NCBI GenBank assembly: GCA_046703945.1
Contig: JBJKSN010000038.1
Location: forward strand, 1-40,664
DNA length: 40,664 nucleotides
Direction of reading: 5' to 3'
Origin: Nitrososphaerales archaeon
GTDB taxonomy: Archaea; Thermoproteota; Nitrososphaeria; Nitrososphaerales; Gagatemarchaeaceae
Both the position numbers and the translations under genes were made by a program. Within the stretch, counting starts at the first letter, position 1; the number at the start of each line of letters is the position of its first letter. Shown piece by piece: positions 18,668-26,767 of the stretch. Below the pieces are notes generated by a model. The model was not told the DNA's origin and did no database searches. It saw only the letters and a program-made list of their open reading frames with translations.

Positions 18668-18769
18668 ACTGTCAACATGCTGGGATAGCAGAATTAAATG
18701 GTTCGTTTTCCGGTAAAATGCCCAATATTCTGCCTTAATGATTATATTTCCTAGATGTGACATAGACGT
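18668..18769. promoter_or_regulatory. AT-rich divergent promoter region (Lrp regulator <-> asnA-like gene)
   Basis: The AT-richest stretch in the left half. TTTAATT (minus sense, plus coordinates about 18692-18699) lies about 28 nt from ATG 18667. ATTATATT (18741-18748) lies about 26 nt from ATG 18770. The spacing fits archaeal TATA boxes on leaderless or short-leader mRNAs. Confidence 0.45.
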
Positions 18770-19732
18770 ATGGCCGAGACAGCGGAGCCCAACGCCGTGG
18801 AGACCCCGAAGCCGCTTCACCTCCTCACCGGCCGCGAGCTGAAAAGAAAGGAACAAATCGCAAGGGTCACCACGGAGGTCCTGAGATACTTCACAGGCGA
18901 GTTCGCCCGGAGGGGCTTCGAGTGGCTGCTACCGGTGATCTTCTCGAAGTCCACTGACCCCCTCTGGCCGGACCCGGGAGCGTCCATCGAGAAGAGGGTA
19001 GAGACGGAAATCTACGGAGAACCGGTCAGGACCACCCACAGCATGATCATACACAAGTTAGTGGCGTCCTCGACGGCTTATCCGAAGCACTTTGTCCTCT
19101 CTCCGAATGTCAGGATCGAGAGAAGGGAGAGGAAGAGCAGCGGCTGGCATGCCTACGAGTTCACCCAACTCGACTTCGAGATTCGGGGCGCAGGCTTCGA
19201 GGATGTGAAAGAGTTGGTAGAGGATGTCGTGAGCGGCCTGGTCGCTCGCCTGAAGGCCACCGGACACCTTCCCGTCTCCTTCGACGGGCATGGAGCCCTT
19301 AGAGTGCCTTTCGAGGTCCATGACAGGCGAGACCTGGCAGCCAGATACGGCCAGGACTGGGAGAGGAACTTGCCTCAGCAGATAAGCTACCCTGTGTGGG
19401 TCAGGAACATACCCAGGGAGTTCTACGACTTCGAGGACCCCAACACCGAAATTTGGGATAACTATGACCTCTTCGTCCCAGACTACGGGGAGATACTCTC
19501 GGGCGCCAGGCGGGAGTGGGAGTACAACAGGATAGCGGCGAAGATGAAAAGGGACGGAGTCGACCAGAAGAACTTCTCGTTGTTTCTCAGGCTCGCCAGG
19601 GAGGGGAGGATTCGGCCGTCAGCAGGGGCCGGCATCGGCATCGAGAGGGTCGTCGCCTGGGTCGTGGGCGCACGGCACATCGGCGAGGTGCAGCCGTTCC
19701 CCAAAGTCCCCGGGGTCGTCTATGACCTGTGA
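18770..19732 (+). CDS. asnA: archaeal asparagine synthetase A-like protein (AsnRS/AspRS class II catalytic-core paralog without anticodon-binding domain)
   Basis: 320 aa. Blocks GFEWLLPVIFSKSTDPLWPDPG, THSMIIHK, LSPNVRIERRE, YEFTQLDFEIRG, NIPREFYDFED, REWEY, PSAGAGIGIERVVAWVVGARHIGEVQPFP. These match my memory of the Pyrococcus AsnRS-like asparagine synthetase. Confidence 0.8.
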   Translation: MAETAEPNAVETPKPLHLLTGRELKRKEQIARVTTEVLRYFTGEFARRGFEWLLPVIFSKSTDPLWPDPGASIEKRVETEIYGEPVRTTHSMIIHKLVASSTAYPKHFVLSPNVRIERRERKSSGWHAYEFTQLDFEIRGAGFEDVKELVEDVVSGLVARLKATGHLPVSFDGHGALRVPFEVHDRRDLAARYGQDWERNLPQQISYPVWVRNIPREFYDFEDPNTEIWDNYDLFVPDYGEILSGARREWEYNRIAAKMKRDGVDQKNFSLFLRLAREGRIRPSAGAGIGIERVVAWVVGARHIGEVQPFPKVPGVVYDL

Positions 19733-19753
19733 GACAAGCCTCCGTCCGGTTCT

Positions 19754-19785
19754 GCATGCGACCGACCCCGCGATGCGCATGCTTT
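19754..19785. terminator. hairpin plus T-run between convergent asnA-like and pheA genes
   Basis: GCATGCG (19754-19760) pairs with CGCATGC (19776-19782), followed by TTT. Lies in the 85-nt convergent intergenic gap. Confidence 0.25.
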
Positions 19786-19817
19786 AGACGCCTGCTGTCT
19801 CATGCCTGCTCGCGGCA

Positions 19818-20657
19818 TCAGGCTCCATTCGTTTCGACCCTTGCCTTCGGATATGAGCCGAGCACCTTGAGGAACGTGGTTTTCTTGGTGAGGTCGCTCA
19901 GCGCCTCCTTCTGGGCGGCATCGTCCATGTTTCCCTCGAAATCCAGAAAGAAGTAATACTCCCACGGGCGCTGCCTAGTGGGTCTGGACTCGACCTTGGT
20001 CAGGTTGACCCCGTGCCTCGCAAACGCCTCGAGGGCGGCGTACAGAGAGCCAGGTGTATGCGGTACCGAGAAGATGACCGATGTCTTGCACGTGGGGGCT
20101 CTTTCGCTTTCTTTGGTTGACACCACCAAGAACCTGGTGTAGTTGCTTCTGTAGTCTTCTATGCCCTGCCTCAATACACCCATCCCATAAATCTGGGCCG
20201 CGTTCATGCTCGCAACCGCCGCGGCGTCTTTCCTACCATCGTCTCTGATCATCTTGACGCTCCCTGCCGTGTCATAGGAGACCTTCACCTCGGCACCGAG
20301 GGAAGCAAGGTACCCCCTGCACTGGGCAAGGGCTTGAGGATGAGAGTAGACCACCCTTACATCGCCGATTGTGGTAGAAGGCATGGCGACGAGGCAGTGA
20401 ACCACCCGCAGCACTATCTCGCCCACTATCTTCGCGCTGCTCGTTATCAGAGAGTCGTAGGCCTCGTGGACGCTACCCTCAATCGAATTCTCTACCGGGA
20501 CCACCCCGTACTTCACTTTTCCTTCCTCAGTCAAGTTGAATACTTCTGAAATGGTTTTGCATGGTACGGTGTCTGTCTCGCTCCCGAAGTGTTGGCGGAC
20601 TGCTTCCTCGCTGTAAGCCCCGTGTTCTCCTTGAAACGCGATCCCGTTGGCCTCCAT
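19818..20657 (-). CDS. pheA: prephenate (or arogenate) dehydratase with C-terminal ACT domain
   Basis: 279 aa. Motifs IAFQGEHGAYSEEA, YTRFLVV, VESRPTRQRPWEYYFFLDFEG. Confidence 0.9.
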   Translation of the reverse strand: MEANGIAFQGEHGAYSEEAVRQHFGSETDTVPCKTISEVFNLTEEGKVKYGVVPVENSIEGSVHEAYDSLITSSAKIVGEIVLRVVHCLVAMPSTTIGDVRVVYSHPQALAQCRGYLASLGAEVKVSYDTAGSVKMIRDDGRKDAAAVASMNAAQIYGMGVLRQGIEDYRSNYTRFLVVSTKESERAPTCKTSVIFSVPHTPGSLYAALEAFARHGVNLTKVESRPTRQRPWEYYFFLDFEGNMDDAAQKEALSDLTKKTTFLKVLGSYPKARVETNGA

Positions 20658-20684
20658 GTCTCTCTAGTGAAACCCATGACCTGA

Positions 20685-20692
20685 TTATATAA
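20685..20692 (-). promoter_or_regulatory. TATA box for pheA
   Basis: Minus-strand ggTTATATAAtc, centred about 31 nt upstream of ATG 20657. Confidence 0.45.
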
Positions 20693-20882
20693 CCGAAGGC
20701 TCAGGACGCCATACCCGCAGACTCCTGTTTCCACGGCGGGTTCGGCCTTGGATGAAATGCTCTCGGCGCGAAACACTCCCTGGTTGCCCTAGATGTCCAG
20801 CGTGCTAGGTACACGCTTTGCTCGCGCCTGACCATCAGGTCGCAGATGTCACCGAAAGCTGACACAAGTGGCGCGGGCCGCG

Positions 20883-21739
20883 TCATCGTTTTTGGATTGA
20901 GACCAGGTAGTCGACGATGACTCCGGGTATGTCTACGCCTGTCGCTGGGACGGTGTTCTTGAACTCCGTGGTATTGTTGACTTCGTGTACCACGATGCCG
21001 TCCTTCCCCTCCATCATGTCGACTCCGACGAATTCTCCTTCCACCGCCTGTGCCGCCTTCACAGAGAGCTCATCGAGCTCCGGGGTGATCTTGCACTTCT
21101 CGGCCCTCCCGCCCCGGGCGGTGTTAGTCCTCCAGTCTGTGGACGAGTGCCTGTAGATGGCCGCGACAGTCCTCCCCCCCACGACGAACGTGCGGATGTC
21201 TCTGGGCGGCCTCTTTACGAACTCCTGGAGGTAGTAGACCCGGTAGAGTGGGAACATGTGCTCCCTGTCCTCGATGATGGCCCTGGCTGCGTCGCTGTCT
21301 TTCACGAGGGCCAAGAGCCTCCCCCAGCTCCCCACGACAGGTTTCACGACCACCGGATATCCCAGTCTCTCGATGGACCTGAGAGCGGAGTCCTCCGCCA
21401 TCGCGAGGATCGTCTTTGGGGTCGCAATTCCGTGCCTTATCAGCGCCAGCGACCCCAAGAGCTTGTTGCCGCAGGTCCAGGCACAGGCGAAGGGATTCAC
21501 GACCGTGTGGCCAAGAAACTCTAGCGTCGCCGTTGAATGTACGTTTCTGAAATAGCTCACCGACCTCTGAAGAACCACCTTATCGGCCAGAGCCAGCCCA
21601 GCCGAGTTCAGGTCGATTGAGAGGTCCTTGGAATCGAACAGATTGACGGTGACTCCGCGCTTTTCAGCTGCGGCGACAATCGCCTTTTCTTCCCATCTGA
21701 TGATGTCATAAAGGAGTGAAAAGGCTGGCGTTGGCTCAC
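20883..21739 (-). CDS. lysX: LysX-type ATP-grasp ligase (RimK family, LysW-dependent), 5' end frame-disrupted or non-canonically initiated
   Basis: The track ORF starts only at internal GTG 21578, but the same frame upstream encodes ..FSLLYDIIRWEEKAIVAAAEKRGVTVNLFDSKDLSIDLNSAGLALADK, the normal LysX N-terminal domain, with no ATG/GTG/TTG. A GTG at 21739-21737 overlaps the lysW TGA (GTGA) but is one base out of frame. ATP-grasp body: YPVVVKPVVGSWGR, YLQEF, VGVDMME, VHEVNNTTEF. Confidence 0.75.
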
Positions 21740-21906
21740 TCGCCCCAATCCTCTCCCTCCAGCGCCGCCTGATGGAGGGTGAAGAGACCGCCCGGCTGCT
21801 CTTTCACCAGTTCAAAGGATGTCTGACACTCTCTGCACGAGACTATCTCGCCCTGAATGGCGTCTGCCGGGACTGTCATCGGAGCATCGCACTCCATGCA
21901 GTTCAT
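21736..21906 (-). CDS. lysW: LysW-type amino-group carrier protein (zinc ribbon, C-terminal EDWGE)
   Basis: 56-aa ORF below the track length cut-off, translated by hand: MNCMECDAPMTVPADAIQGEIVSCRECQTSFELVKEQPGGLFTLHQAALEGEDWGE. It has two CxxC pairs and the diagnostic C-terminal EDWGE. GGAGG lies about 15 nt upstream of the ATG, and the gene sits directly upstream of lysX. Confidence 0.85.
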   Translation of the reverse strand: MNCMECDAPMTVPADAIQGEIVSCRECQTSFELVKEQPGGLFTLHQAALEGEDWGE

Positions 21907-21944
21907 CGCCTTTGAATTCCCCTCCTTCAGTCTCCTGGAGCTAG

Positions 21945-21952
21945 GCTATAGC
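21945..21952 (-). promoter_or_regulatory. TATA-like box upstream of lysW
   Basis: Minus-strand atcgCTATAGcc about 40 nt upstream of ATG 21906, immediately after the stop of the Lrp gene. Followed by the Shine-Dalgarno-like GAAGGAGGG. Confidence 0.3.
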
Positions 21953-21967
21953 GATATTCGGTCGAAA

Positions 21968-22402
21968 TCAACGAATTGTGCGTAGCACCATAGTGGTGTT
22001 CGTGCTTGTGACACCGTGTATCCTGCGCATTCCTTCAATTGTCGCGTTAACTACACCGATATTCGCACCTTTTATGACTACCACGACGTCGAACTGGCCA
22101 GCGGTTTCGTAGACAGACTCGACTCCTTTTACTCCCTTGATCTCATCGCTCACCTGCCGCGTTGGCGTCGCTGGGTCGACGGAGACCCATGTTATCGCGC
22201 TGCTGAGGTCTCGATCATCCACCTCCACGGTGAACCTTCGAATGCGCCCACTGGCCTTCAAGTTGCTTATCCTCCTGCGCACGGCCGACTCAGAGAGCCC
22301 CAACCTAGTGGCGAGTCTCGTGTTGGACTCCCTGGCGTCCTCCCTAAGAAGGCCTATGAGCAACTCGTCGGTCCTGTCTGACTCAGTCCGTTTCCTCTTC
22401 AC
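21968..22402 (-). CDS. Lrp/AsnC-family regulator (LysM-like by position upstream of lysWX)
   Basis: 144 aa, GTG start. wHTH (LLIGLLREDARESNTRLATRLGLSESAVRRRISNLKASGRI) plus a RAM domain. The LysM analogy is by gene context only. Confidence 0.8.
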   Translation of the reverse strand: MKRKRTESDRTDELLIGLLREDARESNTRLATRLGLSESAVRRRISNLKASGRIRRFTVEVDDRDLSSAITWVSVDPATPTRQVSDEIKGVKGVESVYETAGQFDVVVVIKGANIGVVNATIEGMRRIHGVTSTNTTMVLRTIR

Positions 22403-22480
22403 TTCGGCTCACTCCAGCGCCTCGAGCCCTTTCGATATTAGGGTCTCTTGACATGCGCAGGCTGAAAGCCGTAGGCTAGC

Positions 22481-23506
22481 CTATCCTTCGGCACTCCCGG
22501 CCAGCTCTCTCCTTGTCATCGCGTCGAAGTCTATGTCGTAGTGACATTCAGCCCAATGCTTCGCCTCGACCTCCACGAGCGGGGGGGCCGTGGCCCCGCA
22601 GAGGTCTGTAGCGAAGGCGCACCTCGTCCTAAAGCGGCATCCCGATGGTATTGAAGTGGGATGGGGGATGTCACCCTCCAGCCCCCGGAGGTTCTTCCTC
22701 TTCGAGGGGTCCGGTATTGGGACTGAGGAGAGGAGCGCCTTGGTGTACGGGTGCTTTGGGTTCTCGAATATCCTGTGGGTATCTGCAAGCTCCACAATCC
22801 TGCCGAGATACATGACAGCAGTCCGGTCGCACATCTGCCTGACCACCGCCAGATTATGCGAGATCAAGATGTAGGTCAGCCCAAGCTCCCTCTGGAGTTC
22901 CTTCAGCAGCCTCAGTATCTGCGCTTGGACAGAAACGTCGAGTGAAGACGTGGGCTCGTCGAGCAGGACGAAGGCGGGTTTGACCGCCAGAGCGGCCGCC
23001 ACGGCGACGCGCTGCCGCTGCCCTCCCGAGAACTCATGGGGGAACCTTGACAGGTGGTCCGGATTGAGTCCCACCTTCTCCACCAGCTCAGTGGCGAAGT
23101 CGTCGGCAGCTCTCCTCGAGTGCACGACGTGGTGCAGCATCATGGGCTCTGTCAACGCTGATTTGATGCTCTGGCGCGGGTCGAGTGAGGCATAGGGGTC
23201 CTGAAAGACCATCTGCATCTTCTTCCGGAAGGGCTTCAGACGCCGTCCTTTCAGGCGAGTGATGTCCGAACCGTCGAAGACAACTCTGCCGCCCGTGGAA
23301 CCGGTGAGCCTCATCAACGTGCGCCCCAGAGTCGTCTTGCCGCACCCAGACTCGCCCACGAGGCCGAAGGTTTCCCCCCTGCGGACGTTGATGGAGACTC
23401 CGTCGACAGCCTTGACGTGGGCCACTTCCCGGCCAAAGAAACCTCCCCTCACAGGGAACCACTTGGTGAGGTTCTCCGTGGTGAGAAGATAGTCGCTCTC
23501 GCTCAT
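22481..23506 (-). CDS. Opp/Dpp-type ABC transporter ATP-binding protein (OppF-like), system 1
   Basis: Walker [10 protein letters not shown], signature FSGGQRQRV, Walker [12 protein letters not shown]-terminal oligopeptide-type Cys-rich extension. Start at ATG 23506 overlaps the upstream stop (ATGA). Confidence 0.9.
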   Translation of the reverse strand: MSESDYLLTTENLTKWFPVRGGFFGREVAHVKAVDGVSINVRRGETFGLVGESGCGKTTLGRTLMRLTGSTGGRVVFDGSDITRLKGRRLKPFRKKMQMVFQDPYASLDPRQSIKSALTEPMMLHHVVHSRRAADDFATELVEKVGLNPDHLSRFPHEFSGGQRQRVAVAAALAVKPAFVLLDEPTSSLDVSVQAQILRLLKELQRELGLTYILISHNLAVVRQMCDRTAVMYLGRIVELADTHRIFENPKHPYTKALLSSVPIPDPSKRKNLRGLEGDIPHPTSIPSGCRFRTRCAFATDLCGATAPPLVEVEAKHWAECHYDIDFDAMTRRELAGSAEG

Positions 23507-24624
23507 GACTTTTTGCCCCCAAAGAGAAGGCACGAGACCATGTGCCCGGGCGACACCTCAAGTAGCTGCGGCTTGACCTGCGGGCACTCTCCGAAGGCCT
23601 TCGGGCAGCGTGGGTGGAACCTGCAGCCGGTGGGTGGATTGATCAGGTCAGGGACCGAACCCTGGATTGAGGCCTCTCCCACCGCAGACTGGACGTCGAC
23701 CCTCGGGACAGACCCGAGCAGGCCCATCGTGTACGGGTGCAGCGGGTTCTTGAAGAGTTCCATGACATCGGCCACCTCGACGATGTTTCCAGCATACATC
23801 ACAGCCACCCGGTCGCAGAGCTCAGCGATCACGGCCAGGTCGTGGGTGATGAGCAGAATCGAGGCGTCCATCTCTTCCTTCAAATCACGGAGCAGTTGCA
23901 GCACCTGTGCTTGCACAGTGACGTCTAGGGCTGTGGTGATTTCGTCCGCCAGGAGAAGTTTCGGCCTGCGCACCAGCGCCATTGCAATCATCACCCTCTG
24001 GCGCATCCCACCGGAGAGCTCGAAGGGGAACGTCTTCAAGACCTTCGCCGGCTCCGGGAGCCCCACGTCTGCCAGGGCCGACGCTGCGTAGGCCTGCTTC
24101 AGGCGGTTGAAGTCTCCCCTCCCCAGCCGCCTGCTGACAAGGGCTGCCCTCAGTCGCGTCTCCTCCGCCGCGGATGATGTCTTCCCTTCTTTCTTGATTT
24201 CCGCCAGCCTGAAGTTGACTAGTCTCTCGGTGAAGAGTTCAGGCCTGGTGGACATGATCTCTGTGATCTGCCTCCCTATGGAGAGCACTGGATTCAGGAA
24301 GGTCATCGGGTCCTGGAAGACGATAGCGATCTCCTCGAGCCTGGCTGTCTGCAGGTCCTTCTTCGACATCTTGAGCACGTCCCTCTCCCCCAGCAGCACG
24401 GTCCCCCCGAGAACGACAGCGTTCTGGGGGAGAAGGCCGGCTATGGCAAGAGAGGTGACTGACTTACCGCACCCCGACTCGCCCACGAGGCCGAGCACCT
24501 CGCCCTTCCTCACGGTCAGGTCTACGCCGTCGAGCGCCTTGACTGCCCCCGCGTAGGTGTTGAAGTTGACGCGCAGGTTGGAGACCCTTAGCACGTCCTT
24601 CTCGGTGTCTTGCGGACCAGTCAT
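23503..24624 (-). CDS. Opp/Dpp-type ABC transporter ATP-binding protein (OppD-like), system 1
   Basis: Walker A GESGCGKS, signature LSGGMRQRV, Walker B LLADEITTALD. Start at ATG 24624 (MTGPQDTEKDVLRVSNLRV) overlaps the permease stop (ATGA). There is about 35 aa of extra sequence between the Q-loop and the signature motif compared with the system 2 OppD. Confidence 0.9.
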   Translation of the reverse strand: MTGPQDTEKDVLRVSNLRVNFNTYAGAVKALDGVDLTVRKGEVLGLVGESGCGKSVTSLAIAGLLPQNAVVLGGTVLLGERDVLKMSKKDLQTARLEEIAIVFQDPMTFLNPVLSIGRQITEIMSTRPELFTERLVNFRLAEIKKEGKTSSAAEETRLRAALVSRRLGRGDFNRLKQAYAASALADVGLPEPAKVLKTFPFELSGGMRQRVMIAMALVRRPKLLLADEITTALDVTVQAQVLQLLRDLKEEMDASILLITHDLAVIAELCDRVAVMYAGNIVEVADVMELFKNPLHPYTMGLLGSVPRVDVQSAVGEASIQGSVPDLINPPTGCRFHPRCPKAFGECPQVKPQLLEVSPGHMVSCLLFGGKKS

Positions 24625-25550
24625 CTTCTCAGCCTCGGATCGAGTATGTCCCTTATGCCGTCGCCGAGCAGGTTGAAGCCAAGCGAGATCACAAGTATGG
24701 TGAGCCCCGGAAAGAGTATCAGCCATGGGGCCGTGAAGATATACTGTATACCCTGGCTGGCCAGATTCCCGAGCTCGGGGAGAAGCGGGTTGGGAGTGAG
24801 CCCCACGAAGGTCAGCGCAGAGACGGTCAGGATGACCGAGCCTATATCCAAGGTAGCCTGGACCAGTATCGGATAGATGGAGTTACGAACGATGTGGATA
24901 TAGAGGATCCTCGTCCCGCCGGCTCCGCTGGCCCGCAGCCTCTCGACGTACGGCTTTTCCTTCTCGGTGATGACCTGCGACCGCATCAGTCTCACATAGT
25001 AGGGCCACCATGTTATCGTGATGGCAAGCGTCAATGTCGGGAGCGACCTACCCAGCACCACAATCAGGACTATGGCCAGCAGGATTGACGGGACAGCGAG
25101 GAAGACATCAGTGATTCTGAGTATAGCCTCGTCGATGAAGCCACCGGCGTAGGCGGCCAGCCCTCCGAAGACAACCCCAATCGCCACCGCCGAGGCGACC
25201 ACTTCGAGCGCTATCTGCAAGTCGATGGGTATGGCCAAGACTATCATCTGCAGGAGGTTCCTGCCGTAGGCGTCTGTCCCCAGAGGATACTCCGCCGGGC
25301 AGGTCTTGATGTTCGCTATGTGCCAGTTGATGATAGGGTTGTTCCAGCAAAGGCGAAGGGCCAGGGGCTGCTGGTCGGCGATGGCCGGGTTGACGAGGAC
25401 GTGGGAAAGGGCGGCGATCGCAAGAGTCACCACCGATATGACCAGACCGATGAGGACTATCTTGTTGCTCCTGAGCTGATAGAGGGCGTATCTGACGTCG
25501 GCCGCGCGACCCGTCGTGCTGCGTCCCGAAGGCCCGGCTTTGGCGCTCAT
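24621..25550 (-). CDS. ABC transporter permease (OppC/DppC-like), system 1
   Basis: 309 aa, multi-TM, with an EAA-loop region (SLPTLTLAITITWWPYYVRLMRSQ) and the typical C-terminal LGDGIRDILDPRLR. Confidence 0.9.
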   Translation of the reverse strand: MSAKAGPSGRSTTGRAADVRYALYQLRSNKIVLIGLVISVVTLAIAALSHVLVNPAIADQQPLALRLCWNNPIINWHIANIKTCPAEYPLGTDAYGRNLLQMIVLAIPIDLQIALEVVASAVAIGVVFGGLAAYAGGFIDEAILRITDVFLAVPSILLAIVLIVVLGRSLPTLTLAITITWWPYYVRLMRSQVITEKEKPYVERLRASGAGGTRILYIHIVRNSIYPILVQATLDIGSVILTVSALTFVGLTPNPLLPELGNLASQGIQYIFTAPWLILFPGLTILVISLGFNLLGDGIRDILDPRLRR

Positions 25551-25551
25551 G

Positions 25552-26670
25552 TCAGTATCTTATCCTCGGGTCCAGGACCGCGTAGACCACGTCGACGATG
25601 AGGTTGGTCACCACAATTATGACGGCCGTCACTAGGACGTAGAGTTCCAGGAAGTTCACGTCCAGGACGTTTGCGGCGGCCAGGGCGGCGTTCCCGACCC
25701 CGGGCCAGGCGAACACTATCTCGACTATCACTACCCCGCCCATGAGATAGGAGACCAGCAGCCCCGATATGGTCACCGCCGGGAGGACAGCGTTTCTGAG
25801 CGCGTGTGTGTAGGTCACGACCCGCTCCTTGAGGCCCTTCGACCTCGCGAGCGTGATGTAGTCCTGCTTGAGCGCCTCCACCATGCTCGACCTCACTATC
25901 CTGGTGATGGCCCCTATCGACGTAATCGCCAGGGTCAGAGCAGGGAGGAACACCGCGAGGAGCGAGTCCCAGAAGTAGGGGAAGTTCAGGGAGAGCACCC
26001 CATCTATCACCGGCGCCCCTGTGTAGGCGACCACCGTCCCGGGATTGGAGAAGCAGATGGCGCAAGATGTGGCCACGGTGCTGCTTATGGAGAGCAGCCC
26101 GAGCCCGTGGATTCTGATGTAAAGCACGAAGAGTATCTGGAGGACGGCCCCGAACCAGAACTGTGGGACGGAATACCCTCCCAGTGAGACGATGCGGGAG
26201 ACGTGGTCGGGCCATTTGTTGTTGTGAGTCGCGGAGATGATGCCCAGGGGGATCCCCAGGATCACCGTCAGGAAGGCGGCCACCAGCGCCAGCTCGGCTG
26301 TGAACGGGAACCTGCTGAAGAAGGCGTTCCAGGTCGTGGTCAGAGGGGCGACTCCAGGGAGGAGGGAGTACCCCCAGTTGCCAGAGAGGGCGTTCTGCAG
26401 CCAGTAGAAATACTGACTCCACAGCGGGACTATGCACCCCTTCTGGAGGGCGGTGAACGCCTGGAAGGAGGGGCAAGAGGCTGTCGCCACGCCCACCGCC
26501 CTCGCCACGGAGAGCTTTGCGGCATCGTCAAGCCTTGGCGTGATGTATGGGGCGAGCGCCGTCGAGGGCGGGAGGAGGCCCCGCGTCAGATAGAAGATCA
26601 GGAGGCTGAGCGCGAAGAGGACGAAGACCATCAGGATCAGCCGCCTGATGACAAACTCGTAGAGCTTCAA
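25552..26670 (-). CDS. ABC transporter permease (OppB/DppB-like), system 1
   Basis: 372 aa. N-terminal FVIRRLILMVFVLFALSLLIFYL, motif ITLARSKGL, C-terminal DVVYAVLDPRIRY. The 25547..26476 track ORF is the wrong frame of the same DNA. Confidence 0.9.
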   Translation of the reverse strand: MKLYEFVIRRLILMVFVLFALSLLIFYLTRGLLPPSTALAPYITPRLDDAAKLSVARAVGVATASCPSFQAFTALQKGCIVPLWSQYFYWLQNALSGNWGYSLLPGVAPLTTTWNAFFSRFPFTAELALVAAFLTVILGIPLGIISATHNNKWPDHVSRIVSLGGYSVPQFWFGAVLQILFVLYIRIHGLGLLSISSTVATSCAICFSNPGTVVAYTGAPVIDGVLSLNFPYFWDSLLAVFLPALTLAITSIGAITRIVRSSMVEALKQDYITLARSKGLKERVVTYTHALRNAVLPAVTISGLLVSYLMGGVVIVEIVFAWPGVGNAALAAANVLDVNFLELYVLVTAVIIVVTNLIVDVVYAVLDPRIRY

Positions 26671-26745
26671 CGGGGTAGCTCACCGCCCCCTTCCTCTACC
26701 CGAGGTATCGATGCGAGGTGGCGCAGGAGAGGACATGGACCAATT

Positions 26746-26765
26746 CGAGTGACCCCTGTCACTCG
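26746..26765 (-). promoter_or_regulatory. perfect 8-bp hairpin immediately after the binding-protein stop (intra-operon attenuator or mRNA stabiliser candidate)
   Basis: CGAGTGAC-CCCT-GTCACTCG at 26746-26765, 2 nt downstream of the SBP1 stop (26768) and about 75 nt upstream of the oppB1 start. Confidence 0.4.
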
Positions 26766-26767
26766 TG

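Noticed and set aside
20701-20886. 61-aa ORF whose ATG overlaps the lysX stop (ATGA).
   Set aside because: Its Arg/Pro/Ala-rich composition has no recognisable motif and ends right at the pheA TATA box. I kept it only as a note under the orphan lysWX finding. It could still be real if conserved.
23700-24300. About 35 aa of extra sequence in OppD of system 1, between the Q-loop and the signature motif.
   Set aside because: Variable insertions at this position are common in Opp/Dpp ATPases, and nothing suggests a separate function.
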